64,000 nucleotides of DNA from a virus. The translations under genes and the position numbers were made by a program. The DNA lies in the IMG/VR virus record IMGVR_UViG_3300046170_000148, positions 1 through 64,000 of that record. One strand, given 5' to 3'. The notes beneath the pieces were generated by a model. It was not told the origin of the DNA, made no database searches, and worked only from the letters and a program-made list of their open reading frames with translations. Of the stretch, positions 41,298 through 51,063 are shown piece by piece (within the stretch, counting starts at the first letter, position 1; the number at the start of each line of letters is the position of its first letter).

Positions 41298-42751
41298 GGT
41301 GTAAATCTCTTACCTCTGTTCTCAAGTGCGTTACCGATTGGTTCATATCCGAACCTTGACGAAGGTGTCTTCTTCACGGTTCTACCAATCGATGGCGGTG
41401 TCTTACTTCTATACTTCGGATTCAGTCTGTCTTCTGATACGAGGACACCACCAATTGCATCGATGTTCGCACTATTTCTAAATGAAGACCTAATCTCTTG
41501 AGTGGTAGGAATCTTCGCAAATACATCTTTATAGTTGTCGGTCAACAGTATCTTCAGTTTCAACAGGTCATCAGCATCGACCACAACGGTCTGAATTGCA
41601 AACGAACCTGTCGTTCCGTGGTTGACAACCTTGTCGATAGTGATTTGTGCCTGACCACTGATGCTTGCTTGGGACTTTGTTGCGAGAGAAGCAGTTTCAT
41701 TATGTAGTGAGCCGGGACTATACGAAGCGTCAGTAAGAGTCCCAGTTATGTCGGCAGCCTCGTCAGCGCGTTCTGCCTTTTGTGCAACGTTGGCATTATA
41801 CGCTTCAACCGCCTCATCTGCAATACCCTTGAATGTCCCGTGATAAATCGCACCAGACCCTTCGGCAGTTGCACCATCTTTGCCTTGATATACTCGTCCA
41901 GTGAAGTCAACCTGTTCACCACCGATAGAACCTTTCTGACCAAACACGGATACGTTGTTGACACCCGTCAGGTTAGATACCTTAGATGTGACCGCGAACT
42001 GTTCCTTACCAGATATGAAGATGTTCTGTTCAGATGCGATATCGATGTCACCCTCAACCACATTCTGTTGATTACCCTTGACAACCTGATTATTATCTGC
42101 TAACATAACATCGGTATGCGTTCCGATAGTCTTGTTTGTCTTCGTTCCTTTGGTCGTATACTGAGAGTTCTCTGTAACAGTTGTGCGATGGTTCTGTTCA
42201 ATCTGTTCTACCAAATTACCCGCAACATTGACATTGAAGTTGCCACCAACATCTATATTATAGTCACCCGATACCTTCATGTTCAGGTTACCGTGGTATA
42301 CAAGGTTACCGTTACCCTCGATGATGACAGTCTGGTCACCACCCGTAACCTCGACCTTGTTGTTCAACGCAGAGATGACTACCGAACCATCTGCTCTCAT
42401 CTCTATACCCGCCCCCTTACGGTGACGCAGGAGAACTCGTTCCCCGCCTGGCGTATCGTCAAGTTCAATGACATGACCCGATGCAGTTTCCTGCACTTGG
42501 TTATTAGGATATTGTGATGGTCTCTGTGGTGCAATGTTTAGAGGAACACCGAAGTCACCACCACCAGCATACAGGTTGTTTACCTTTGTTCCTCGTGCCG
42601 CCTTGTTGATTGACACATCATAGTTGTAGTCTCTCTTAGGTAATGCACCTGTAGGGTCTTGCATACCATCAACAGGAACACCCAGAGTCTCCTCTTGTCC
42701 TGCCCCTAGATTTTCTACACGAAGTTCAAACTTATCTTTTTTTGTAGTCAT
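41294..42751 (-). CDS. gp5-like spike, C-terminal beta-helix part
   Basis: YPNNQVQETASGHVIELDDTPGGER..L.H..G, then V.G/I.G beta-helix repeats. Confidence 0.85.
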   Translation of the reverse strand: MTTKKDKFELRVENLGAGQEETLGVPVDGMQDPTGALPKRDYNYDVSINKAARGTKVNNLYAGGGDFGVPLNIAPQRPSQYPNNQVQETASGHVIELDDTPGGERVLLRHRKGAGIEMRADGSVVISALNNKVEVTGGDQTVIIEGNGNLVYHGNLNMKVSGDYNIDVGGNFNVNVAGNLVEQIEQNHRTTVTENSQYTTKGTKTNKTIGTHTDVMLADNNQVVKGNQQNVVEGDIDIASEQNIFISGKEQFAVTSKVSNLTGVNNVSVFGQKGSIGGEQVDFTGRVYQGKDGATAEGSGAIYHGTFKGIADEAVEAYNANVAQKAERADEAADITGTLTDASYSPGSLHNETASLATKSQASISGQAQITIDKVVNHGTTGSFAIQTVVVDADDLLKLKILLTDNYKDVFAKIPTTQEIRSSFRNSANIDAIGGVLVSEDRLNPKYRSKTPPSIGRTVKKTPSSRFGYEPIGNALENRGKRFTP

Positions 42752-44496
42752 GATATTTCCGAAGGTTTGAGTGGCCCTGTATTCAATGGGTCAGTTGTCT
42801 TATTTGTTTTTCTGAAGATTGACTCCACATAATCAGGCACATCAAAGTATGGGTCAAGTTCTGCGACATCCACATCGTTGTGACCGAACACCTGACCGCC
42901 TGGAAACTTACGATAGAACGACTCAAGGAACTGTTCCAGTGTCGTGAACTGTGTGCGAGTGAACGAGTGTGGAGAACGAGAAGGGTTCTCCTGACCAGAT
43001 GCAGCAGCCAATCCACCTACCATTACAACACCAATGGAAAGGTCATTGTGGTCATTCACGGGTGCGTGTTCACCCTTACGGTTGACAGGTCTACCTCTTT
43101 GCAAACTACCATCTCTACGGATGACATAGTGAAACCCGATACCATCGTGTCCCAGTTTGTTGTGAATGTCATTTATCTCTGGTGACCCGATGTTCTTATT
43201 AGAATAAGTCTCTGTGGCGTGAATAATAACTTCTGTCACATCTCGTCTGACTGTAGAGAACTCTGCGTCTAGTTCCTCAACCGAAGATACAAGGGTGAAT
43301 GCATCTTGTGGCGTTTCTCTTCCAGCCCACTTGTTTGCAGTAGATGTAAGAGGCGTTGGTGCGTCGAATAAACTTGCATCTACTACGGTTGAACCAGATA
43401 TCGTTGTATCAAGGTCATTGAGTGACTTATCGATTGTATTGATTTCATTAACCACATCTTGGATTTCAGTATCAGGAACACCTTCCTCTTTACCAATCTT
43501 TCTAACATCATCTACCAACTCTTGTGTTGATGTTGCTTTACTCTGTGATACAAGAGTCTTCGTTCTGTCCGTAACATTCTCAGACTTATTTACAATCGTT
43601 TGTATTGCCTGCACCGATTGTTTAGGGTCTTTAGATGATACCTGACCTAACAGTTGTTTACTCTCTTCGTTAGATAATGTAATACCACCAGCAACAATAT
43701 TTCTAAGAGATGACCTCGCATTACCTGTGAAAGATTCTGTAATATTTTGTAAGAATCCACCCTGAAGTCCTCTATCAACAGAGGTTGATACATTGGTAAA
43801 AAATTCCGAAACACCCGCTTCAAAGTTATTAACTGATGTAGTTACATCATCAAAAACTCTGCGTCCCAATACACCAATGCTGCTGATTGTTGTCAGTATA
43901 TTCTTTGGCTTTTGTGGTTTCCGCATTCAATCCACCGATACCTGTTGCGTTTGATACAACATCTTTTGCATCAGGCATCAACACCACTCAGAGAAGACAC
44001 AGGGTGTAACACTTTTCGCGGCATCTAATGTGTCACCGAAGGATGGTGTTTGTGTGGTTGTTGGTGTTCCACCGATAGAACTAGTAAAAGAAGAAATCGA
44101 ACTTTTTGTTGCCGCTGATTTCTCTTCAGCTTTCTTGGTTGCGGATTCTATGCCAGCAGGGCCACCTTGACCAATTGCAAGTATACCACTCTTCGCTGTA
44201 GTGTTTGAAGAAAATCCACTTAGAGTATTTGCGTCTTCACTAGGAGTATCAAGACCACTCACACCGATATCATCAGTTATTTTTCCGACAGATGTATCTA
44301 ACACTTCGTTGGGTGTGATACTCTCTTTACCAAGACTTTTGACACCACCAAGTATTTCACCGTCTTTTTGACCGACTTTAGTTTTTAACTTTGCATAAAT
44401 CTCTTCAGATGTTTCTATTCCCAAGTCTAAAGGCTTAACCTCTCGTCTAGTAAGAGATTTTAGAGTAGTGTCTAGGTCTTGTTTATTCAACGCCAT
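42748..44496 (-). CDS. virion protein with C-terminal N-acetylmuramoyl-L-alanine amidase (T7 lysozyme-like); several extra bases around 43900-44005
   Basis: VIIHAT, IGFHYVIRRDG..QRGRP....GEH, SIGVVMVGG, VFGHND...P.FDV; the 172-aa ORF appears to be its N-terminus. Confidence 0.75.
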
Positions 44497-45359
44497 TATA
44501 CTATCCTATCAACTAATTCTCGTGCAATACGTTCAACACTACTTATTGTAGTTGCATCAGGTTTCTTGAGATAGTATTTACAGAAGATACTACACGTCCC
44601 CTTATCGCCTTCAAGTTTATCGGACTGAAGAAGTCTGATGTTCGCTGCACTTTGTGTTCCTCTCAACTCATATGCAATGAATGAATTCTGTGTGAAGAAA
44701 GTTTTGTAGTCGTTAGAGAATGCTTTCAGGTCTGTGACTCTATTCTCTGACCAGTCTGCAAGTCCTTTGTTTTCGGTTGTGAGATTGGTCTTCATACCTG
44801 ACACGAAAGATAGAGACGCGACAATACCGATTGATTGTTTGATGGTATACCCCAGATTCAAGAAGAACTGAACCGAAACCTTCTCACGATTTCTCTTCAC
44901 AGACCTACCAATTGCACCCACTGTTTCATTCTTGATATCTATCTCCGATGGTTTATTCGCATTGAACACCTTCGTAAAGAAATCTTCGGGCATCTCTTCG
45001 GTCAACCCACTCTCAGGAATACCTAACTGAACCTGTGTTGGAAGTTCGACATGAGGTATCGACCCCAGAATGATTGGTGTCTGAGAATGAATACCATCCA
45101 TGAAGAACCCAAACACCAATGCGTTTGGTAACAGGTGAGGCATTCTACCGATACCTGATACACCACCCTCTGTGGTCGGCAATACACACTGCGCCCACGG
45201 AAGGTCGTGTTGTGGAATATCTTTGGTGGACTCAGAATGCAGACCGTGAATACGAATCTTGAAACGACCCTCATATCCAGCAGGAGCCATATTGTCTATG
45301 ACAGTTGCAACGAACCATCTGGTATTGTCACCGTAGTATTCTGATAGAATTGGATTCAT
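44496..45359 (-). CDS. gp5-like N-terminal OB-fold with degenerate tail-lysozyme-like domain
   Basis: WFVATV.D....GRFKIRIHGLH, DLPWA, VFGFFMDG..SQ.P.ILGS; C-half GIVASL...SG..GLADW...R. Confidence 0.8.
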   Translation of the reverse strand: MNPILSEYYGDNTRWFVATVIDNMAPAGYEGRFKIRIHGLHSESTKDIPQHDLPWAQCVLPTTEGGVSGIGRMPHLLPNALVFGFFMDGIHSQTPIILGSIPHVELPTQVQLGIPESGLTEEMPEDFFTKVFNANKPSEIDIKNETVGAIGRSVKRNREKVSVQFFLNLGYTIKQSIGIVASLSFVSGMKTNLTTENKGLADWSENRVTDLKAFSNDYKTFFTQNSFIAYELRGTQSAANIRLLQSDKLEGDKGTCSIFCKYYLKKPDATTISSVERIARELVDRIV

Positions 45360-46693
45360 GCCTGTCTCTCCAGTTTACAAATATTCATAGAGACATTATG
45401 TGTGGTATCAGAGAAGACATGTCTTGTTTCATAAACAAGGAAATCACCAGATTTGCCTTTGTCGAGCATTGTGTCTGAGGTAGATTTCTTGTTTACATTT
45501 GTGTTATCGTTTATTACATTCAGTTTGATTATATCTCCAACCCCAGCCTTTGATACAATCAGACCTACGCCTGGCACAACAACATTGAATAGGTTTTTAT
45601 ATAGGTGTGCTTTGATTGCATTGGTCTCAATCTTCTTCTTGAACCGAACCTCATCGTGTTCGTCGTGGTAACTCTTGTGTCTTTCGTATGTGCCTCTGGA
45701 TGTAATCGTGTGAAAGTTCATAGAGTTATAATCATCAATGTGTTGTTCTCCAATTTTAAACTCATCATCAAAGACATTCTGATTTTTACCAATCACACTG
45801 TTCGTTTGTAGACCTTCAAGGGTCTTGCGAATGGTGTGTCGTTGCGAGAAGATTTGTCCTGTATTTAGATTTGTATTAGAATACTGAGAACCGACTAATC
45901 CTTGTTCAATAATCTTGAGAGTGTTGGACATCTTGGTTGTCTTCATACCCGATACAATAAATGATTTCTTATCTTCTCCACCCTGTTCTGCAAGAGCAAC
46001 GTTTGCAGGATTGTAGATATATGGTAACTTGGCGTTGAATGCGTCCTGAGATAACATTGCGTCTAGATTACCAAACCTGATATTGTCATCATGCATTGAC
46101 CCGTAGATAAAGAATGGTGACCCTGTGATTGTTGAAGCCCTTTTGGTCAACCACAGTGCTGCATCGATTGGATTTAGATTAGGAATGATACCCTTCATAC
46201 TGGTCTGAATTGGTTTAGACTCACCCAGATAAGAGATGTCAATATTCTTTTTCATCTCTGACCCAATGAGTTTAACGATGATATCGTCGATACTACCACT
46301 GAATGACCTACTGATTCTCTTGGAACGAGCCAAGAATGCGTGTTCATCCATCAGTGTAATGTTGAGAATACTCGCCTTACCTTGTTCGGACTTGACTGAC
46401 CGTTCAATACCTGTCATAATGAAACTACGTTCAAACACAGGTTGAAGGTCATTGGTAACAGACGCAATGGTTACCTTAAATCTTTCCGTTCCGTTGAAGT
46501 TGATTATATCAAGTAAAGCGTTATCATCTAAGACAATCAACTGACCCGTCAGGTATGGTTTGTCAAGACTTTCAAAGATATTCAACTCAACAATAGAGGT
46601 GCGAACATCAAAGTCTTGTTCCAGCAATCGGTCTGCCGATATGACCGCCTCAGTAATCTTGAACTGTTGCGATTGGTTTTGATTAGATGCCAT
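45356..46693 (-). CDS. baseplate hub protein (gp27-like position)
   Basis: LNIFESL..PYLTG...V.D, VPG....GDII.L, SGDFLV...RH.F; between gp53 and gp5. Confidence 0.65.
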   Translation of the reverse strand: MASNQNQSQQFKITEAVISADRLLEQDFDVRTSIVELNIFESLDKPYLTGQLIVLDDNALLDIINFNGTERFKVTIASVTNDLQPVFERSFIMTGIERSVKSEQGKASILNITLMDEHAFLARSKRISRSFSGSIDDIIVKLIGSEMKKNIDISYLGESKPIQTSMKGIIPNLNPIDAALWLTKRASTITGSPFFIYGSMHDDNIRFGNLDAMLSQDAFNAKLPYIYNPANVALAEQGGEDKKSFIVSGMKTTKMSNTLKIIEQGLVGSQYSNTNLNTGQIFSQRHTIRKTLEGLQTNSVIGKNQNVFDDEFKIGEQHIDDYNSMNFHTITSRGTYERHKSYHDEHDEVRFKKKIETNAIKAHLYKNLFNVVVPGVGLIVSKAGVGDIIKLNVINDNTNVNKKSTSDTMLDKGKSGDFLVYETRHVFSDTTHNVSMNICKLERQA

Positions 46694-47443
46694 TACGACT
46701 CTCTATGAAATTTAGCGAACTCACCCGCAACTTGATTTACAACATCTGGTTTGAGAACAATAATCTCTTTGAGTTCATCATTCCTTTGTTCTAGTCTATC
46801 TCTATACGTCACTGGTGTCCAACTTGCCGATGGACTACCGAAGTCGTATATCGTCAGGTCTTGATGCACACCATTCACATCTTCGTAGTGATGAATAGCA
46901 TTGTATTGTTCGGACTCCGCAATGGCAGTCAGTGATTGTATATTTCCGTCTACATCAGTATATCGAATCAACTCTGTCGAATTAAATTTTGTTGTGTTTG
47001 GTTCTTCACCCGTATCAATGATGAGTTGACCCATATCAGAAATCCTACGAATAACTGTTCCTGTCGTAGTGCTACTAACACCCGTCACACTTTGACCGAC
47101 AGGAAAGATACCTGTCAGGTTTGTGTTGGTTGTCACAACACGATAAGGATATTTTGATTTTGCAATATTTAACATATCGTAATTATCAACAGGCCAACCA
47201 CTCTCACGAATGTGATTGTTCATCAGATAGAATGTCCAATAGTAATCTGGAGTGCCATACAGTTTGTAGGATAGTGTGTCTGGTCTCTCGCCTGCACTGA
47301 TAGTATACTTGTTGTAAAAAAGCAACATTCTCTTTTACTTGGTCAATTACATCGACATATGCAGTGAGATTATTAAAAAGGACTGGACTCTCGTTATCAC
47401 CAAAACGATATGATACGATTCCAAAGTTGTCGAAATATGCCAT
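46693..47443 (-). CDS. gp53: baseplate wedge protein (extra base in A6 run 47316-47321)
   Basis: MAYFDNF..VSY, GERPDTLSYKLYG...YYWTFYLMN, HHYED, I.VLKP. Confidence 0.9.
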
Positions 47444-48318
47444 TAGAATCCTGCCTCAATTTGTCTTCTGTCTAGTGTTCTAGATTCGGTAAATGATACA
47501 CTCATGTCAATCTCACTAAAGTTTCCGTCATCATGCATTGCCATCGTTGATGGGTTGTATGTAATACTCACATCTCTGAGGAAACAAGGGAGAATTTTGT
47601 TTGTAACTTCTTTACCGTTATATTCAATTTGAATGTTAAATCTGTTTGGAAATCTATACCCCAGAGAAATACCAGCGTCAGAAATATCTTCGGGATAAAG
47701 TTCTTCTCTGAATAGTTGGATAATATTCTTGACCTCTTCTGCTTCTTTTGCAGAACATGGTAAAAACTTAAATGTAAATGCAAACTCTCTTAGTGCAACA
47801 CTCTTGAACAAGGCACGACTGTTGGGATTTGTGGTAACTCGTGCTGCAGCCCTAGCAATATTACCTACTTCTTGATTTTTTTGTGCAAGACGAACAATAG
47901 CAAGACTCGCTTGTTGTTGAGAATTAGCGCCCTTCAGTCTATCTGCGGCACTAGAACCAGCAGCAATAGAACCAGCAACACTTCCAGATAACAGGTCAGT
48001 ATTTTCGTAAGCGACATTATCACGGAACTGAAGACCAACAGGAAGATAAAGAGAAACTCTACGAGTAGCAGTTTTTGGTGGTGTGCCTTTTAATGCTCTA
48101 TTGACACCACCTTTGAATTGTTGTATTAGATTAGTGCCAGGCACGTCACCTCCGACAACATCTTTTATGGCATCTTTTGCAGCTTTTGTCTTAGACTGAG
48201 CACTTTGGGCAAGTTCACCCAAATTTGGTTGTTCTTCCTCAAGAACTGAAAAAACAATCTGACCACCATAGTCAGAAGTATCTTCAATGGGATATTGGAA
48301 ATTGTCTTTTAATGCCAT
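47443..48318 (-). CDS. gp48: baseplate tail-tube cap
   Basis: LYLPVGL, NPN..ALFKSV.LREFAFTFKF.P.S..EA..V..II..FR, C.L.DVSITY. Confidence 0.88.
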   Translation of the reverse strand: MALKDNFQYPIEDTSDYGGQIVFSVLEEEQPNLGELAQSAQSKTKAAKDAIKDVVGGDVPGTNLIQQFKGGVNRALKGTPPKTATRRVSLYLPVGLQFRDNVAYENTDLLSGSVAGSIAAGSSAADRLKGANSQQQASLAIVRLAQKNQEVGNIARAAARVTTNPNSRALFKSVALREFAFTFKFLPCSAKEAEEVKNIIQLFREELYPEDISDAGISLGYRFPNRFNIQIEYNGKEVTNKILPCFLRDVSITYNPSTMAMHDDGNFSEIDMSVSFTESRTLDRRQIEAGF

Positions 48319-48351
48319 TTGTAAATCCACTAAATAAAAATAATTCGATAC

Positions 48352-48359
48352 TATTTATA
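48352..48359 (-). promoter_or_regulatory. late promoter TATAAATA in divergent gp48/gp4 gap
   Basis: tatttata upstream of gp48. Confidence 0.75.
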
Positions 48360-48366
48360 AGGTTTT

Positions 48367-48843
48367 ATGGCATATTCTGGACGATATAAACCGAAAAATC
48401 CAAAGAAGTATAAGGGTGACTACACAAAGGTCATCTATCGTTCTTTGTGGGAGAAACACGCCTTCAAGTGGTGTGATAACAACTCAAATGTGATTGAGTG
48501 GTCAAGTGAGGAAGTGGTCATACCATATCTATATGAGGTTGACCATAAGTATCATCGTTACTTCATGGACTTAAAAATCAAGATGAAAGATGGTAAAGTC
48601 TTTCTGGTTGAGATAAAACCAGACGCACAGACACGACCACCGACAGGTCAACGCAGAACGAAACGATATATCACCGAAAGTCTAACTTATGTTAAGAATA
48701 TGAATAAGTGGACTACGGCTCAAGAATACGCAAAAGACCGTGGTTGGCACTTTGTTATCTGGACAGAAAAGAACGAACCTCTCAAGTCAATCATACCTAA
48801 ATCAACAAAACAACTAAAACCTTTCAAAAGACGTAAGAAATAA
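48367..48843 (+). CDS. gp4: head completion nuclease
   Basis: YSGRYKPKNPKKYKGD, YRSLWE, WSSEEVVIPY, HRYFMD, LVEIKP. Confidence 0.95.
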   Translation: MAYSGRYKPKNPKKYKGDYTKVIYRSLWEKHAFKWCDNNSNVIEWSSEEVVIPYLYEVDHKYHRYFMDLKIKMKDGKVFLVEIKPDAQTRPPTGQRRTKRYITESLTYVKNMNKWTTAQEYAKDRGWHFVIWTEKNEPLKSIIPKSTKQLKPFKRRKK

Positions 48844-48844
48844 G

Positions 48845-48852
48845 TATAAATA
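48845..48852 (+). promoter_or_regulatory. late promoter TATAAATA
   Basis: Exact motif just upstream of gp2. Confidence 0.8.
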
Positions 48853-48857
48853 CTGGC

Positions 48858-49442
48858 ATGAGTAACTTATTCCAAAGACTGGAACTGCAAGCATTCCGTG
48901 CTGGTATTACACCACGCACGAAGGAATCGCGTGAATGGTTTCGTAAGAAAGCAAAGAACCTTCGTTCTGTCAACCGTGAAGCGTTGATGCAAGAGAAGGA
49001 ATTGAATCGTGGCAACAGACAAATCATTGGTTCGATGCAGATGTTCTTCTATGACCCGAAGACCAAAGACACCCTTCCATACTATGATGCGTTTCCTCTG
49101 GTGATTGTGGTTGGCCCTGCGGAAGGTGGGTTCTATGGATTGAACCTTCACTATCTTCCACCACTTCTTCGTGCGAAGTTCCTTGACTCCCTTCTGGATA
49201 TCCAGTCCAGTAAGACGAGTGATGATTCCAAGTTCAATATCACCTATAAGAGATTGCAGGCTGCAAGTAAGTTCAAGTATTTCAAACCATGTTTCAAACA
49301 CTATCTGAATGACCATGTGAAGAGTAAGTTCGCAGAAGTCCAAGCACCAGAGTGGGAAATCGCAACCTTCCTACCAACCGCAGACTTCCGCAAGAGAAAC
49401 TCTTCCAAAGTGTTCTCAGATTCAAGACGGATGATAGGATAA
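48858..49442 (+). CDS. gp2: DNA end protector protein
   Basis: YDPKTKDTLPYYD.FPLV, GLNLHYLPP..RA. Confidence 0.93.
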   Translation: MSNLFQRLELQAFRAGITPRTKESREWFRKKAKNLRSVNREALMQEKELNRGNRQIIGSMQMFFYDPKTKDTLPYYDAFPLVIVVGPAEGGFYGLNLHYLPPLLRAKFLDSLLDIQSSKTSDDSKFNITYKRLQAASKFKYFKPCFKHYLNDHVKSKFAEVQAPEWEIATFLPTADFRKRNSSKVFSDSRRMIG

Positions 49443-50164
49443 TGGTATTTCGCGTAGACGATTTTAGAGCGCAAGTAAGTAGGGGTGGTGGGTTCGCATC
49501 ACAGAACATGTTCCGTGTTCAACTGCCTCGTATTCAGGGTGCGCCTCTGGGTGGTAACGACCCAAGAGAATTAGACATGTTGTGTCGTGTAACTAGTTTG
49601 CCAGGCCGTCAGGTTTTGTCAACGGACAAACAGATTGGAACAGTTCTAACCAAAGTTGCAAACGGATATGCAGTTGCAGATTTGAATATGACATTCTACT
49701 GCATGAACGACTATGGTATTCGCAGATACTTTGAGGCATGGCAGAACCTTGCACACAATCGAGAAACAAAAACGATTGGGTATTTCAAAGACTATGCCAA
49801 ACCAGTTGTCATTCAACAACTGAAGAAGGGTGTGTCATTCCCAATCAAAAAGAAGAAAGTTTTTGATACTGGTAGAATTCCTAGTGGTATTCGTAATCGT
49901 CTCCCTCGTATTGGGCCACTTGACCTTGCACAGGGTGAGATTGATTTGAACGGTATCTTTGGTGACCAGATTGCATACAGTTGTGTTCTTGAGAATGCAT
50001 ACCCAACAACACTGAATGAAATCACACTAAATAATGAAACGCAAGATGTTGTGGAAGTGTCAGTCCAATTGTCTTACAAAGACTGGCGCTCCCAACAAGG
50101 CGAAATCTCCAGCGGTTTGGTTGAAGGTCTCGCAGGCGAATTGATTCGTAGAGTATTAAGGTAA
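49442..50164 (+). CDS. tail tube initiator (gp54/gp19-like)
   Basis: GGFA..N.F.V, LC..TSLPGR, YF..WQ, YP..LNEI.L; start MVFRVDDF overlaps gp2 stop. Confidence 0.75.
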   Translation: MVFRVDDFRAQVSRGGGFASQNMFRVQLPRIQGAPLGGNDPRELDMLCRVTSLPGRQVLSTDKQIGTVLTKVANGYAVADLNMTFYCMNDYGIRRYFEAWQNLAHNRETKTIGYFKDYAKPVVIQQLKKGVSFPIKKKKVFDTGRIPSGIRNRLPRIGPLDLAQGEIDLNGIFGDQIAYSCVLENAYPTTLNEITLNNETQDVVEVSVQLSYKDWRSQQGEISSGLVEGLAGELIRRVLR

Positions 50165-50179
50165 TTATGGAGTTAAATT

Positions 50180-50884
50180 ATGGCATTACCCAAGTTAAAT
50201 GATACACCGAAGTATGAACTAGAAATCCCTTCCACAGGAAGTGTAATATCATATCGGCCGTATCTTGTCAAGGAAGAAAAAATTCTTCTTATGGCATTTG
50301 AGTCGCAAGACCAGAAACAAGCAATGAGAGCAATGGTAGACACGGTTGCTGCCTGTGTGTATGAGGATATAAATCCACAATCACTGACAACCTTTGATGT
50401 TGAATATATGTTCTTACAAATTCGTTCCAAATCTGTTGGTGAAACATCAACGATTGGTGTGAAGTGTTCTGAGTGTGAACATCAGAATGAAGTGGTTATC
50501 CCTGTTGGTGACATCAAGATTCCAAAATCAGATGTGAGTAAACTAATTGAACTTACCCCAGAGATTTCTATTGAGATGACATACCCAAAATTCAATGAAG
50601 TCGTTGATGGATATGAAGAGGGTAAACAGGAAAGTAAATTTGCATTTGAACTAATTGAAAAAAGTATTGGTGCAATCATCACTCCTGATGAGAGAATCAA
50701 CACCAACGAAGTTAAATCAGTCGAAGTAAAAGAATTTGTTGAATCCATGACAACCGCACAGTTGTCTATGGTATCAGACTTTGTAGAACAAATGCCTACA
50801 CTGAAACATGACATCGAATTCAATTGTTCGAATTGTAGTTCAGATAATAAACAAGAACTGAGAGGGGTCGCTGATTTTTTCTGA
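50180..50884 (+). CDS. gp26: baseplate hub subunit/chaperone
   Basis: MALPKL..PKYEL, YRPYLVKEEKILLMA, FDVEYMFLQIRSKSVGE, two CxxC, ends DFF. Confidence 0.92.
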   Translation: MALPKLNDTPKYELEIPSTGSVISYRPYLVKEEKILLMAFESQDQKQAMRAMVDTVAACVYEDINPQSLTTFDVEYMFLQIRSKSVGETSTIGVKCSECEHQNEVVIPVGDIKIPKSDVSKLIELTPEISIEMTYPKFNEVVDGYEEGKQESKFAFELIEKSIGAIITPDERINTNEVKSVEVKEFVESMTTAQLSMVSDFVEQMPTLKHDIEFNCSNCSSDNKQELRGVADFF

Positions 50885-51063
50885 TAAGCCTCTCTCATGA
50901 GAGTTTAGTGAATCATTATAATACGAACTTTTCTATGATGCAACACTTTAAATACTCATTAACGGAACTGGATATGATGATGCCGTGGGAGAGGGAAATA
51001 TATGTCAGTATGTTATTGCAACACCTAGAAGAAGAAAAAGAAAGAGCAAAACAAAATGGCTGA
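50881..51063 (+). CDS. gp51: gp51-like hub assembly catalyst (not in ORF track; start uncertain, possibly reached by -1 frameshift)
   Basis: LISLSHESLVNHYNTNFSMMQHFKYSLTELDMMMPWEREIYVSMLLQHLEEEKERAKQNG. Confidence 0.8.
   Translation: MISLSHESLVNHYNTNFSMMQHFKYSLTELDMMMPWEREIYVSMLLQHLEEEKERAKQNG

Noticed and set aside
327-47157. Many plus-strand and off-frame ORFs in the six-frame track (e.g. 1140-1730, 14928-15491, 19332-19937, 22717-23253)
   Set aside because: Shadow ORFs overlapping well-supported minus-strand genes, with no RBS or recognisable motifs.
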